Shown: positions 48,987 to 61,197, counted from the first letter of the whole stretch. The stretch is DNA of 63,334 nucleotides, filler included, from 22 parts of 22 records of this genome joined end to end with filler, not necessarily neighbours in it, one strand, 5' to 3'. Notes: generated from the sequence alone by a model not told the origin. Program-made: numbers and translations.

Positions 48987-49607
48987 GTGAATTTTTCGTC
49001 CAAACTTTTAGAAAATGCCGTAAATGAAGTTTCTCATTTACCAGGAATTGGGAAACGTACTGCTTTGCGTTTGGTTTTACATTTATTAAAGCAATCCAAA
49101 AGTCATACAAATCATTTGACAACAGCTTTAAATACTTTGGTAGAGGATGTGAAGTTGTGTAAAAGTTGCCATGCTATTTCTGATGTAGAATTGTGTGAAA
49201 TATGTTCTAGTCCTAAACGGAATTCTGAGATTGTTTGTGTAGTTGAAGATATTAGAGATGTAATGGCCATTGAAAACACAGCACAATATCAAGGTTTATA
49301 CCATGTTTTGGGAGGTAAGATTTCTCCAATTGAAGGAATAGGTCCTCACAATTTAACCATTGAAAGTTTGATCGAAAAAATAAAAAAAGGAATCACCAAA
49401 GAACTAATTTTGGCATTGAGTTCTACGATGGAGGGTGACACTACCAATTTTTATATTTACAAACAATTGCAAAAATTCAATCTTAATATTTCTACAATTG
49501 CGAGAGGTATTTCTGTTGGAGATGAATTGCAATATACGGATGAATTGACTCTTGGAAGAAGTATTATAAATAGAGTTCCCTTTGAAAAATCTTTGAGGTC
49601 TAATTAA
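48987..49607 (+). CDS. recR: Recombination mediator RecR
   Basis: [12 protein letters not shown] HhH motif, C4 zinc finger, CVVED TOPRIM, YHVLGG and EGDTT. Confidence 0.98.
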   Translation: MNFSSKLLENAVNEVSHLPGIGKRTALRLVLHLLKQSKSHTNHLTTALNTLVEDVKLCKSCHAISDVELCEICSSPKRNSEIVCVVEDIRDVMAIENTAQYQGLYHVLGGKISPIEGIGPHNLTIESLIEKIKKGITKELILALSSTMEGDTTNFYIYKQLQKFNLNISTIARGISVGDELQYTDELTLGRSIINRVPFEKSLRSN

Positions 49608-49619
49608 GAAGCATGAAAA

Positions 49620-49681
49620 TATACTCCGTCTGAGCCTACCCTGAGTTTATCGAAGGGTGAAAAGTAAGCCAACTGCCAAAA
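49620..49681 (+). repeat. Variant TATACTCCG element end containing a REP-like hairpin ACCCTGAGTTTATCGAAGGGT (49638-49658)
   Basis: Begins TATACTCCGTCTG. The inner motif resembles the CCTGAGCTTGTCGAAGG palindromic repeats common in Bacteroidota. Confidence 0.6.
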
Positions 49682-52257
49682 NNNNNNNNNNNNNNNNNNN
49701 NNNNNNNNNNNNNNNNNNNNNNNNNTTAATTAATTAANNNNNNNNNNNNNNNNNNNNNNNNNNNNNNNNNNNNNNNNNNNNGTCTTGTAAAAGGAGTTCA
49801 AATCCTAAAATTTTCATTTTTTCGAAGGAGTGGTGTTTTAAAGCGGCAGTGAGTGGATGAGGGTGTGGTTATAATTATATATGATATCCCATGTCCACAG
49901 TATCTTTACATTTCGTATTTCACATCGCACAAACATAAAATATATAATTACCTTCATTTTCAAATTGTTTTTCTTTATTGAGCTTTGCTTGCTCTTCCAT
50001 ATGAATATTCCATGCAAGCTGTTCATCAGTTGTAGTTGGTTGCCATTCATCAGGAAAATCAATTTTTACTTCATCATCCACGAAATTATTTGATTGTTCT
50101 TGGCGGTAGTAAATTGCTGTTGTTGGTTCATCCACACGCACATGAGGGTGTGTAGAATGTGAAGGTTTGTCCTGTTCCACGTGACTGTGATTTGGTTTTT
50201 TGTTGCGCCTAGAAAAAGAAAACAAATTATTGAGGGTAAGGAGAAGACTTTCCCATTAAAATGGTGTGTAGAAGCTCAAACATCACATTTTTTATGTTTT
50301 CACTAAGCAAACACCAATTCACCAAGTTTGAAAACATTTCATTTAAATTCTCCACACTTTCAAGGCACGAATGTCATGCATACAACTACAGTAGTATTTG
50401 CTTTTTTGTTTTTTTAAGATCCGTTTGTTTTTGCACAAACGTTTCAGCTGAGATCCTTTATTTCTGCTATCATCTCATTTTGATACTCTGTTTTTTTCTC
50501 TTCAAAGTCTCGATTTCTTTTTCAATGTCTCAAATCGAAAAATAAATAAACAGAAATGACTTCAACCACCCACCCCTCCAAATCCACCACTCACACCCCC
50601 ACCCCACCCCTACGCACCCACTCCCGAATTTCGTGAGCTCGCGAGCGGAAATAAACCACAACCAAATCCTCACAAACCACCAGATGACGCCATAAGGAGT
50701 GACGTGTTCTCATTACATCAGCTCATCGTACACTGGAAGAAAATGCAGTTAGGAATTTTTAAGTTTTTGATAATTGACAATTTATAAGTACAATGAAAGG
50801 CAAAAACAAGTTTGGAATGCAAATGTCCCGCGCTGAAAGGCAATTTGACAAACAAAAAGAGTTTTCCCAAAATCAAAAAGTGCGAGTCCCGTTTCTCATT
50901 TTCCACAAGAAAAGTAATTTTCTGCGATGCAGAACTTTACAAAAAAATATGCAGAAGTGACAAATTGCGAGAAATCAAAGAGAGTAGTCGCCAGTATGCA
51001 GTGTCAATTAACAGTAAGACCAATTTACCACAAATTCGGCGTGTGGTACAAGCAGGAGTGCGCACTTTTTCGTTGAGGGAAGGTTTGCCGTATCTAGCAA
51101 AAAAAAACCCAACAAAAGAATCGCAAGACTCACCACAAACTGAAGATGCCAGAGCGTTCCACTCAGTGCAAAAAAGAAAAGCGAAGTCCCTCTTACTAAA
51201 TCAACTCCACACCTCCCTCTCCTGCGGCACGCCAGGTTCGTAAAGGCGCTTAAAAACCTTTAAAACGTGCGGCCCTGCCAAAACGTCCGGCGGCTTGGGC
51301 GCGGAGCCACATCCAACCACTACTTTACTAGTTCTCCAGCTGAGACAAAGTTTCCGTGTTTTAATTTGTAGGTGCTCTCACCGTACTAGACAGAACGCCG
51401 TGACTGTGGTTCCAATACCCACTATTCTGAGCACATAATGAACATCGAATGGGGTCCGGGAAGATTTCGAGCACCACCTGTGAGTGAGACACTGACTTGA
51501 TAGGCAAAACTTTCTTGAATCTCGCACTTTTTTTCTCAAAAATAATCATAAAGAAAAATAAATCCGTTTCTCTCGACACCGTGAAGGTGAAATACAACTA
51601 CCTTCTTGCATGGTGCCGAAAGGATGTGCTCTTCTGCTTTCTTGCAAGAGGCACAACGCTCTTTCATACAAGCTACTGTTTCAGTGTTCCATGACTCGGT
51701 TCGACGAACGATATTTCCCCACTTATTTTGGTCAGATGAAAAAGTCCATAATTTCCAAAGAAAGAGAGACGCCACATATACCCTATTTGAAAATTCTTTT
51801 TTTTGCCTTCCATGCAAACACAAATAACGAAACACTTCTTATTATTTTTCCTTCAAGCTCATGATCGAAATGTTCAAATCATGACGTTTGTGAAACTTGT
51901 CAATGACATACTTTACACTCAGGTCTTCTCAAAACTTTTTAAGCGCTCATGTCCTCTCAAAATTGCGTAACACCTTATGACATCTTTTGACAATTTTCCA
52001 GGTTATTGTCACACAGAACAAACGCACTCTCTTATTTACAACACTATTATATTATTTCGTGGCTCAAGGTCTCGTGGATAAAACATCAGCCTTTGAAATT
52101 ATTTCTAGAAACTATATAACCATACAACCCATATCAATGAATAAACACCCCCACCCCNNNNNNNNNNNNNNNNNNNNNNNNNNNNNNNNNNNNNNNNNNN
52201 NTTAATTAATTAANNNNNNNNNNNNNNNNNNNNNNNNNNNNNNNNNNNNNNNNNNNN

Positions 52258-54337
52258 ATTAAGACACCACTTACAAAGCCTTCGGGGCACAATCGCGTCT
52301 TCACCACCACCACCCCCCAACACAATCTACCTTACGGAAATTATAAACCTCAGCCTAAACAGTGTTTAATATAATACGAGCACGTCTTAGCCCTTAGTGG
52401 CCCCAACCTGCCTAGTAATAGGCTAAAACTCCAACCTAAACCACAAATTTATTCCTGGCCTAAACCTAGAGCTGAGGCCAAAGCCTCAAGCCCCAACCTC
52501 GAATTACCTGTTAACTCCGTCCTGCAAAGGGCAACACCTCCCACGTAAAGTCTGAGTATGCTGCCCCGCCGCAACCCTTCGAGGGTTGCGGTCCGACGCA
52601 CATTTTAAACCCGCCCGAAGGCGCCCCGCTGGCCGCCCCAAAAGGCGAAAGGCTCCAGCCCTGCCTAAGCCGCCAAAAGGGTCAACCCCTTCCCCACTTG
52701 CGCCCAATGACACGAGCAGCCTTCAACTTTCACGGCTGAAGAAGGACCTACAGCACCCTACGGGGTGCGCAGGAGCTGCAAGGGGCTTAATTAAGAGCCC
52801 GCCCCTTACGAAATTTTTATTATTAATCACGTCTAAAGTAAGCATGGTTTCAGGAGGAGGCCTTAAGGTAAGCCCTTGTCAAGGGCTCGGCGCTACGCGG
52901 GCATAGTAATATTTTGAAGGTCTGTGGCCAGGCCCTACAACCCGCCTACGCGAGGGGGCAGCCCTCTCCACGACCCCTAAGAGTGTGTGACTACATTCAA
53001 ACCCACTAACTCTAGGGCTGCCTAGCCCCACGCATGATATTAAATTAAGAAGCCCGTACGCCCAGTAAAAATTGCGGCTAAGCCTTAGGTCAGCCTCTCT
53101 TGTCGAGACCTCGTGTCACCCAACACCCCGAGATAAAACGGCGTCGACCCCCCATAAGACGCGAGCCTGCCCTGACAGCCCCGTAGTTCCTATTAAACAT
53201 CTGACCAGTGAAAAGCAAACCCCTAGAGTTATTATTAAGGGCAAACCGCGCCCCCTTTTTAATAGTGCGTCGCACACATGAAGGGGGCTTAAGCTCTAAT
53301 AAGCACCTCCCCCTTTTTACCCGAGGGTCGACCCCAACCAACGACCTATTAAACCCCCCCCCCATTCTAGCACTAACCTGCAAGCTTACTTGTCGGCCCA
53401 GAAGGTCTGCAACTAAACCACTACCCTTTGAGCTAAGAGAGAACCCCACCCAACTGAAAACTAAAACACTTCGAGTTTTACACCTGGCAATTAATCAAGA
53501 ACCCCCTAACAATAAGCCTGGGAACTTAGCGCACCCTTCTGCCCCCGCAGTCAAAGCGAAACACCGAGCTTTTATAGAGGTTTAAGGTCTTACGTATTAC
53601 CTTCTACTTCATTAAAGGTTAAACCTTTGCCCTTAAAAACTAGAGCTCTGCGCGAGGGGCAGTGGAGCCAAAACGATGGCGCCTGGGCTCGCCCCGTGAC
53701 AACTGGTCTTTGTAGCAACGACCCACACAGAGGCACCCTAAGCGGGACCTTAAAATTATTAATAGGGGTTAACCCCACCCTTTAGGTCAGCCCTCCCGGG
53801 CTTAATAGGATCAAAAGTGTATACCTTTGTACCCTTAATAATGACCTCGTACATCCTAATTAGCCCGGGAAAGCCACCCAAGGGTGAAAGGTACACCTAG
53901 CTTTAACTCCCGCTAACCCCACGAGTGCACGCCTCGCCCTTACTCTAAACACTAGCCCTAAAGTCCCACCCTCGAAGCACTTAAGCCAGTGAAGCAAGAC
54001 CAGACGGGCACCCACCCTAAAAATAGCAGCTTCCCTAAACTGCCGCCCCAGGAAGTCAAACGTAGGCCTACTGGCCTCAACCAAACACGCAACCCCGCCC
54101 GGTAAAAGGTGTGACTAAGCCTAAGGCCGCCAGGCACTCGGGCATAAACAATTTAATCTTAACCTCCGCCTCTGAATACCTCGCCCTTCCTGTAACAGGT
54201 TGAAGGAAACCTCATCTTTTTAACCTAAACTAAACACACACAATGTTGTCCAACCTTAAACAACCTGAACTTCCCCCCCCCGAGCTCGGCCTAGACACAC
54301 CACGAGGCACATACCTAAACACGCCTCACAAACTATT
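52258..54337 (-). other. Compositionally alien contig (mitochondrial unassigned region or reduced endosymbiont DNA?)
   Basis: Visibly GC-richer than its neighbours, C/A-rich plus strand, homopolymer C runs, several short GC hairpins, no recognisable gene. Confidence 0.5.
52504..53295 (-). CDS. 263-codon open frame if TGA is a sense codon; unknown product
   Basis: No TAA or TAG between 53295 and the TAA at 52506-52504. In-frame TGA at 53118, 52881 and 52725. Possible GTG start at 53277. Confidence 0.35.
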
Positions 54338-54437
54338 NNNNNNNNNNNNNNNNNNNNNNNNNNNNNNNNNNNNNNNNNNNNTTAATTAATTAANNNNNNN
54401 NNNNNNNNNNNNNNNNNNNNNNNNNNNNNNNNNNNNN

Positions 54438-57400
54438 TTTTTTCCAGGTGCACAATCTGTGTAGTAATCAATTTTCCAAGTGCACAACTGTGTAGTGACC
54501 ATTTTTCCAAGTGCACAAATTTACCATAAATGAATGTACGCAAATCAGACAGAATAATCGAAGCTTCAACGAGTTATTGGTTATCACATGTAATAATATG
54601 CTGTGCATCATTTTACATGGTTATAATAAAAGGGAAAACGTACGAAGGACAAAACGTTTATACAATTCGTCTAAGTCACGATTTTGTTGAGTTGCTCGCA
54701 AAAATGTCAAACAAGCGCAAAGTTGGTGCTTTGTTAAAGCAGCAAAAGAGTTTCGCAAGCTTTTTTGCCAAGCCGGTTGAACAAAAAGATGAAAACAAGC
54801 AACCAGCCGTGGCAAGCGCTATGGAAGTCGATGCGGGAGCCAATCCTGCCCAGCCTCAGCAGGATGAGGAGCCAAATGAAAGAAAAGATGAGTCAGAGAA
54901 TCAGCCTAAAAAATTGAAGCGTGCTTTTAGAGACGAGTGGATAAAGCCAGGAGCAGGTCGTAAGCGAAACATTTGGGTAAAGTACGATCCTGACACTGCG
55001 AAATTGACATGTTTGTGGTGCTCCAAAGTGCACAAGGACTCAAAAAAACCCTGGGTGTCAGGTTGTTCCACAATAACAGAACGTAAGCATTGATTTTTGA
55101 ACTCTGTAAATCGAAATGTGCTTTTACATTTTACAATTGTTTTTGGCTAAATTTTAGGGAGTATCAAAATGCATGAATGTTCATCTATGCACGCTGAATC
55201 GGAAAAAACTTTAGATCAAGAGAAGAAAGTTGAATCATCGGGTGGCCTGCAATCATTGCTTTTCAGTGGGGGTGATCCTTTGTTTTTGGTCGGTAGTTTT
55301 TGTATCACCAGCTTTGCAGCGTGACACTGTATTTTTTAGGCAATGTGTAAACAGTTTTCAGGCTTGTATTATCTCATTTACAAAGGACACGCATTTCAAG
55401 AGCTAGAAGATTTAAAAGCACTTGGGAAAAAATGGGATGTCACAGAGTTCGAAATTCAAAGTGAGCGTTTATATGGCTCGATGAATTCCAGCACAGTTCG
55501 CCAAAAAATGCTAAAGGTAACACGTGCACGGAACTCACCGAGCTGTGATTAAACAATTGTTTGTGTTATTTTTGAGATTTTGTCAAGTATTGAACAAGAA
55601 AACTTAGTTAACGAATGTTCTGCTGCAAATGGGATGGGTGCATCTCTTGATGAGGTTACGGACACTGCTGGCCTTATCCAACTCGTCGTTCGATACAGAC
55701 TTGTTAAGGACTTCAAAGTAAAATCTGTGTTTGGAAAAACAGTTGAAATCCCAAATAAAACTGCTGAAACAACTTACAAGGCTTTCTGTGACGTTAACCA
55801 AGGTTGGTTGCTTGTAATCATCTAGTGCATCTCCATAAATTGTTTGTCAAACCAATTAGAACTGAAAATTGATCCCAAAAGCGTCAACTGCCTTGCCACA
55901 GACGGTCCAAATGTTATGCTTCTCTTTCGAAAACTTTATCGGATGAGAAAAAATGTGAAAGTTTTTGGGATGACATGCCTAGATCATCGAGAGGCTCGAG
56001 CAGCGGAAGTTGTACGAAGCTTTTGTGCATATGTTACCTTTCTAAACATGTAATTTAGGCAGCTCAGAAAGTTGAATACCTTGCCGATGTTCTTTTACCG
56101 TGTTTACAGCAGATTTTTCTGTTGTATAAATTCAGCTCTGTAAAAGCCGCCGAATTGCGAGCATTACAGGAAAGTTCTTGCCTTACCTGCCGAAAAAATA
56201 TCTAACGCGTTTTCTTTAGGTGTTGTTTCTGGAAAAGTTTTTCGTAATTCTTCTTGCTGCTTTCACAAGATGGTTGTCTCACCAAAAAGTTGTTAATACG
56301 CTGTACGAAATTGCTGTGCCGTTGATTAAACACTTGCAAAAGTTATCCAGTCGAAAAGATTTGGCCGCACGAGAAATCTTAAAAATTGTCGTGACTTACA
56401 AATATCACGCTTCCATCTGTCTCTTTAAGGATATTCTGCCACATCTCACCGCTTTTAACACATTCTTTCAAGGAGAAAATGTATGTTGAATATTTTCGCC
56501 TGTTATGATTGTAACGTAAAATTACAAATTGCAGACTGACTGGTCTCAAATAACTCCAAAAGTTAATCTCTTACTTGCAAATATTGAGACAGAACGTGTA
56601 AAGCCAGGGAAGCACCTCGCTGGAGTGAAACAATATGTTGCTGATATTTCGGTATGCAAGTGTCTGTCGCACGTAAAATATGACATTTTCTTTGATACAT
56701 GTATTTGCATAGTCACACTTTTTGACAACAATATCTGTAACAAAAGAAGCTGAAGATGATTTTGAAAAAATGGTTAGGCAACCGTTCTTGGCTGCTTTGT
56801 TGACTGAACTTAAAGATCGATTAAAAGGTATACAAAATGTCACTGCCAGAATTGCAGGTTTAACTGACTTTTTAGAGCAAAATCAAACCTTGCTTCAAAA
56901 CCTCTCAATTTTTCAGCCTCAAAACATTCCTTCTGAGTTGTCTGAACGAGTTCACTACGGTGAAAAGGAACTTGGGAAAGTTTGCGGTCATTTTGGGGTA
57001 AGCGAATTTTATATTCCATAAAACTACAGTGGCATACTTACAGTCCGCTTAGATTGAAGAAAAACAAGCTGACACTGAATACTCGCTTCTCAAAAACACA
57101 ATTGCTACGGATAAAACATTGGCGGAAGCGTCTACTTCTGAATGTTGGGCAACAATTGGTGAGAAGCTCTCATTTCCTAGCCTTGAACCAGCAGTCACAG
57201 CAGCATTTTCGATTCCCCCGTCAACAGCAGGTTTGTGCGGTATTTTTTATTTGTTACCACCCAGTAATACTTTCCGGTCTGTTTCATAGATGTTGAACGA
57301 GACAACTCACTTATTAAAATATTCAAGAATGCTAGACGCTCTCGTTTAAGCAATAAGAATCTGAATTTATGTTTGCGTATCAGACAAAATGGTGTTTCAT

Positions 57401-57889
57401 TTAAAGATTATGACCCAAGAAAAGCAGCTAAAATGTGGTTTGCTATGAAACAAAGCAGGGGTGAAAGCGAGCCTGAAAGTGAGGATGAAAGCGAGTAAAC
57501 TGTGCGCTTATTTAATTGTTAATTTTGTTAAACTGGTTAATTGTATGTGTGCGCGTGCATAAATTCAGACTTATTTTGCTTTGGTATGTATTGACGTGTT
57601 GAGGTATGTTCTTCCGGAGGAGATTTTTTTCTCAAAATAGTGCATTTGTTTTCTAAAATCCACTAAAATCTAAATATCCTTAGAAATATGGAAAGGAAAT
57701 AAGTTCGAATTTGTGTAGTAATTATTTTCTCAAGTGCACAATTGTGTAGCAATGATTTTTCCAAGTGCACAATCTGTGCAGTTGAGCTTTTCACAAGTGC
57801 ACAATCTGTGTAGTGGTGCTTTTTCCAAGTGCACAAATCGGTTTCCAAGTGCACAGGGTGTAGTAATCACTACACAAAAAAAACCACTG
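54438..57889 (+). mobile_element. hAT-superfamily DNA transposon, near complete (left TIR cut off by the contig start)
   Basis: Right end ...AAAAACCACTG (reverse complement CAGTGGTTTTT). Subterminal ~31-bp TTTTCCAAGTGCACAATCTGTGTAGT repeats at 54438-54520 and 57710-57875. Internal transposase. Confidence 0.9.
54704..57498 (+). CDS. hAT transposase (ZNF862-like, TTF-type zinc finger), 11-12 exons
   Basis: The spliced product has F..EW...W..YD...CLWC...H..S..H, SLDEVTD, ATDG, CLDH, FTRWLS and STADVER...RRSRL motifs. Exon phases join through to the TAA at 57496-57498, provided one GA donor is used. Confidence 0.88.
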
Positions 57890-58220
57890 CAATNNNNNNN
57901 NNNNNNNNNNNNNNNNNNNNNNNNNNNNNNNNNNNNNTTAATTAATTAANNNNNNNNNNNNNNNNNNNNNNNNNNNNNNNNNNNNNNNNNNNNGTCTTTT
58001 GTTTGGTCACTGGACTCTTGGCCACCAGTTTTCAAAATTTATACTTTTGACGCCGGAAAAACACTCCTTGCGGTGCAACAAACATTCGACCCCGAACTTC
58101 AATACATACTCTTAAGTGTGGTTTTGTGAAAAAATGTACTACTGTAGATGAGATCGCTTAACTAATTCTTTGTAAAATTGAAAATGAGCATTCACTCTAC
58201 TCTTGTGTTTTTGTGTGTAG

Positions 58221-58495
58221 GGGCGCTGAGACGTTTGTTGATTCCGCAACTTCTCTTTCCGGTAGCATTCTCCAGCAATTCCTAGAGCGTGGGTGGGTCC
58301 CTGATAAATCCTTGAATGAAAAAGAACGAGCAGTGGCAATACAAATGCATTTGGTCTCGGCAACGGGATCGTCATTTAGAGTTTCTCCAGTGCAGGCGAT
58401 GACTGCGCGTCACTGTTTGCTGGATGAAATGTCTTACGACAGTACGCCACATGATTTCTACTCTTTTCATTACTCAGAAGTGCCGAAAAATGAAC
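58221..58495 (+). CDS. Exon of a trypsin-like serine protease domain protein
   Basis: ATGSSFRVSPVQAMTARHCL resembles the catalytic-His (TAAHC) segment; bounded by AG and GT. The Asp and Ser exons were not found. Confidence 0.5.
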
Positions 58496-60132
58496 GTATG
58501 TGGTTTCCTCGTTCATTTTGTTGCAAAGTGTTGTTATTCAAGAAATTTCATGAAAATCTTTGTGGAAAAAATGTTATGGCCAGTCAGAAGTTACCTGAAA
58601 AATTTTCCAGTCAACCCGTTTGTTTGTCAGAAAACAGTTGAGAGACACCATGAAAATTTAATTTCGTGTGTTTCAGAGTTCCCCAGCATTTAGCCTGTTC
58701 AAGCACACGTCATTTCGTGCGAAATTTCGCAAAAGTCTCCGAAAAAACACGGGGTGTAAGTGCGAAAAATCCAAGCGCACATGCGATCGTGTACAAAAAG
58801 TGCGAAAATGACGTACATTGCGCATTTGATGACGTCATATTGCTCTAAAAATAAAGATCTTAGAACGTTTTATTCAGGCCAAACTTACAACACCCCAAAA
58901 ATATTTCTGCACATGACAAAATGTTGGAGGTGGGTGTAGCAAGGTCTTTGCTGATTTAAAGGACAGAGAATAGCACTGTCTGACATGAAAGGAGTATCCA
59001 GCAATTTTGCACTGAATTTGGGGTCGGCCAAAAACAGGAAAACACACGGAGAATATTTTGCGTCTGAGAAAAATTATGTTCATTGAATTTGTCAAAAAAA
59101 TAAGAACTTGGTCCCTACGAAAATTGGAAAATGCAAGACAAAAATGGATTTCATTGACACGTCATTTAAAAACGATCCTCTGGGGTGGTGCTCCAAAAAC
59201 ATCAATGCAAAATTGATAAATCCATGCAAAATTTGTGAAATCCCGACCATTTTGAAAAGTATTAAATTTCATTTTTTGCAATTTTTGGACCTAACCCTGG
59301 CATGGTGTCAGCGTGTATGCAACTTTCATTTTTGCAAACCCACGCACTGAAGTTTTTGCTCAATCGAAAGCAATTTCGATGTAGACCAAAAGATCACTTG
59401 CTATCAAGTGAACTTCACTTCAATGGGCTTTGTCACCAGAGATGAAATTTCACATCTTGAACAGACACGTTCTTGGTCTATTTTTCAATGTACGCCATTT
59501 TAGTTCATCAGAACTATGCTCTGTCCTTTAACTGGTTGAAAAAGGAAAGTTATCACATTTTGATAAAAAGTCGAAAATACGCACAAAAATGCTGTTGAAG
59601 TTGAGTCCGATTGAAAAATAGTCTGTACATCTTGCGACATCGTTTTTTAAAAAAATTAACATTTATGATGTAAAAGCAATTTCGACAATTGACAACTTGA
59701 ATGAAAAATTATTCTAATTTCAGATGAGTTTATTCCAAATATTTTATGTGTTTCCTTTTGTGTAGTGGAAGAGTTTGAGCATCAAGAACGCTTTCGACTC
59801 CCCAAAAGAGTTTCTCTCCCTTCCATGTTTCCGATGAAAGTGTCGAGAAAGGAAAATTGGACCAAGGACTCGGACTTTGCGGCTTTTGAAGTGCCGATTC
59901 ATAACGATTATTTACTTCCCACGGTACATGAACAGGTATGAGTACATTTCAGAATCAGTTCTAAGGATATTTCGATTTATTTTTGGTGTGTGTGTGTGTG
60001 TATGGGGTGTGTGTGTGTGGGGTGTGTGTGGTNNNNNNNNNNNNNNNNNNNNNNNNNNNNNNNNNNNNNNNNNNNNTTAATTAATTAANNNNNNNNNNNN
60101 NNNNNNNNNNNNNNNNNNNNNNNNNNNNNNNN

Positions 60133-60165
60133 CATGACAAAAAAGACCGTATCACGGCATCATCA
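60133..60165 (-). repeat. GTGATACGGTCTTTTTTGTCATG repeat overlapping the galT stop
   Basis: Nearly identical to 63165-63188 in inverted orientation. Confidence 0.75.
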
Positions 60166-61192
60166 AATAATGTTCTTTAGGCAAATTTTTCAAAGTATTT
60201 GCGGCTTGTTCTGCTGTAATATCCCTTTGCGGACTAGCAAACATCTCATAGCCTACCATAAATTTCTTTACCGTTGCTGATCTTAATAAAGGAGGATAAA
60301 AAGACATATGGAAATGCCAACCCAAATGCTCTTCAGAATTTGTTGGACTTTGATGGATTCCTGATGAATAGGGAAAAGACACCTTAAAAAGGTTGTCATA
60401 CATAATTGTCAATTCTTTGAGCATCGTAGCATAAGATATGCTTTCCCTTTTTGATAATTGTGCAATATTTTGATACTGTTTTTTGGGAACAATCATGGTT
60501 TCATAAGGCCAAACAGCCCAATAGGGAATTAAAGCAACAAAATCGTCATTTTCAATCAAAATCCGTTCTTTTGCTTTTAATTCTTGCTTTAAATAATCTC
60601 CTAACAAACTTCTTTTGTGGGTTTTCCAATATACAGCCTGCTTGTCTCCTTTTTTGACAATTTCACATGGAATAGATCGTTGCGACCAAATTTGTCCATG
60701 TGGATGTGGATTGCTACATCCCATAATAGCTCCTTTGTTTTCAAATATCTGTATGTAATTGATCTCTTCTTTGGCCCCCAACACTTTATATTCTTTTTTC
60801 CATAAGTTGACAACCGTTGTAATAGATTCAACAGACATCAAAGGTAATGTCAAAGAATGGTTTGGAGAAAAACAAACTACTTTACAAATTCCAGATTCTA
60901 CTTCTGCTTTTAACAAACCTCTTTCAAAAGATTTTGCCTCATCATTTAAAATCGCTGCAAAGTCATTTTGAAAACAAAAGGTTTCCTTATATTTTGGATT
61001 TATCTCTCCTCCAACCCTTTTATTTGTTGGACATAAATAACAGTTTTCATCATATTCTACTTTGTTTAAAACCGCTTTGCTTTCACTTTTTCCCTGCCAA
61101 GGTCTTTTGGTTCTGTGTGGAGAAACCAAAATCCACTCTCCTGTTAAAATATTATACCTTCTATGGGATGTTTTGTTTAGGTCTGTGGTCAT
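60152..61192 (-). CDS. galT: Galactose-1-phosphate uridylyltransferase
   Basis: HRRYNILTGEW.LVSPHR.KRPWQG, GCSNPHPHGQIW (HPH active site) and PPLLRSATVKKFMVGYE. Confidence 0.98.
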   Translation of the reverse strand: MTTDLNKTSHRRYNILTGEWILVSPHRTKRPWQGKSESKAVLNKVEYDENCYLCPTNKRVGGEINPKYKETFCFQNDFAAILNDEAKSFERGLLKAEVESGICKVVCFSPNHSLTLPLMSVESITTVVNLWKKEYKVLGAKEEINYIQIFENKGAIMGCSNPHPHGQIWSQRSIPCEIVKKGDKQAVYWKTHKRSLLGDYLKQELKAKERILIENDDFVALIPYWAVWPYETMIVPKKQYQNIAQLSKRESISYATMLKELTIMYDNLFKVSFPYSSGIHQSPTNSEEHLGWHFHMSFYPPLLRSATVKKFMVGYEMFASPQRDITAEQAANTLKNLPKEHYLMMP

Positions 61193-61197
61193 AATAC

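Noticed and set aside
50812-51864. Decayed integrase-like gene (fragments LNQLHT, TCGP, SLDTV, LFWSD)
   Set aside because: Motif resemblance is weak and needs several frameshifts; not supportable without a profile search.
52258-54337. rRNA gene, or telomeric repeat from the frequent CCTAAA motif
   Set aside because: I found no universally conserved rRNA motif on either strand. CCTAAA copies are scattered, not tandem.
57710-57875. Regularly spaced CAAGTGCACAA repeats as a CRISPR array
   Set aside because: Period is about 31 bp with no unique spacer-length sequences, there are no cas genes, and the context is eukaryotic. Explained as hAT subterminal repeats.
59986-60032. GT and GA microsatellites (also 13786-13800, 47082-47102) and short tandem duplications at 6690-6732 and 9298-9352
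   Set aside because: Ordinary eukaryotic simple repeats.
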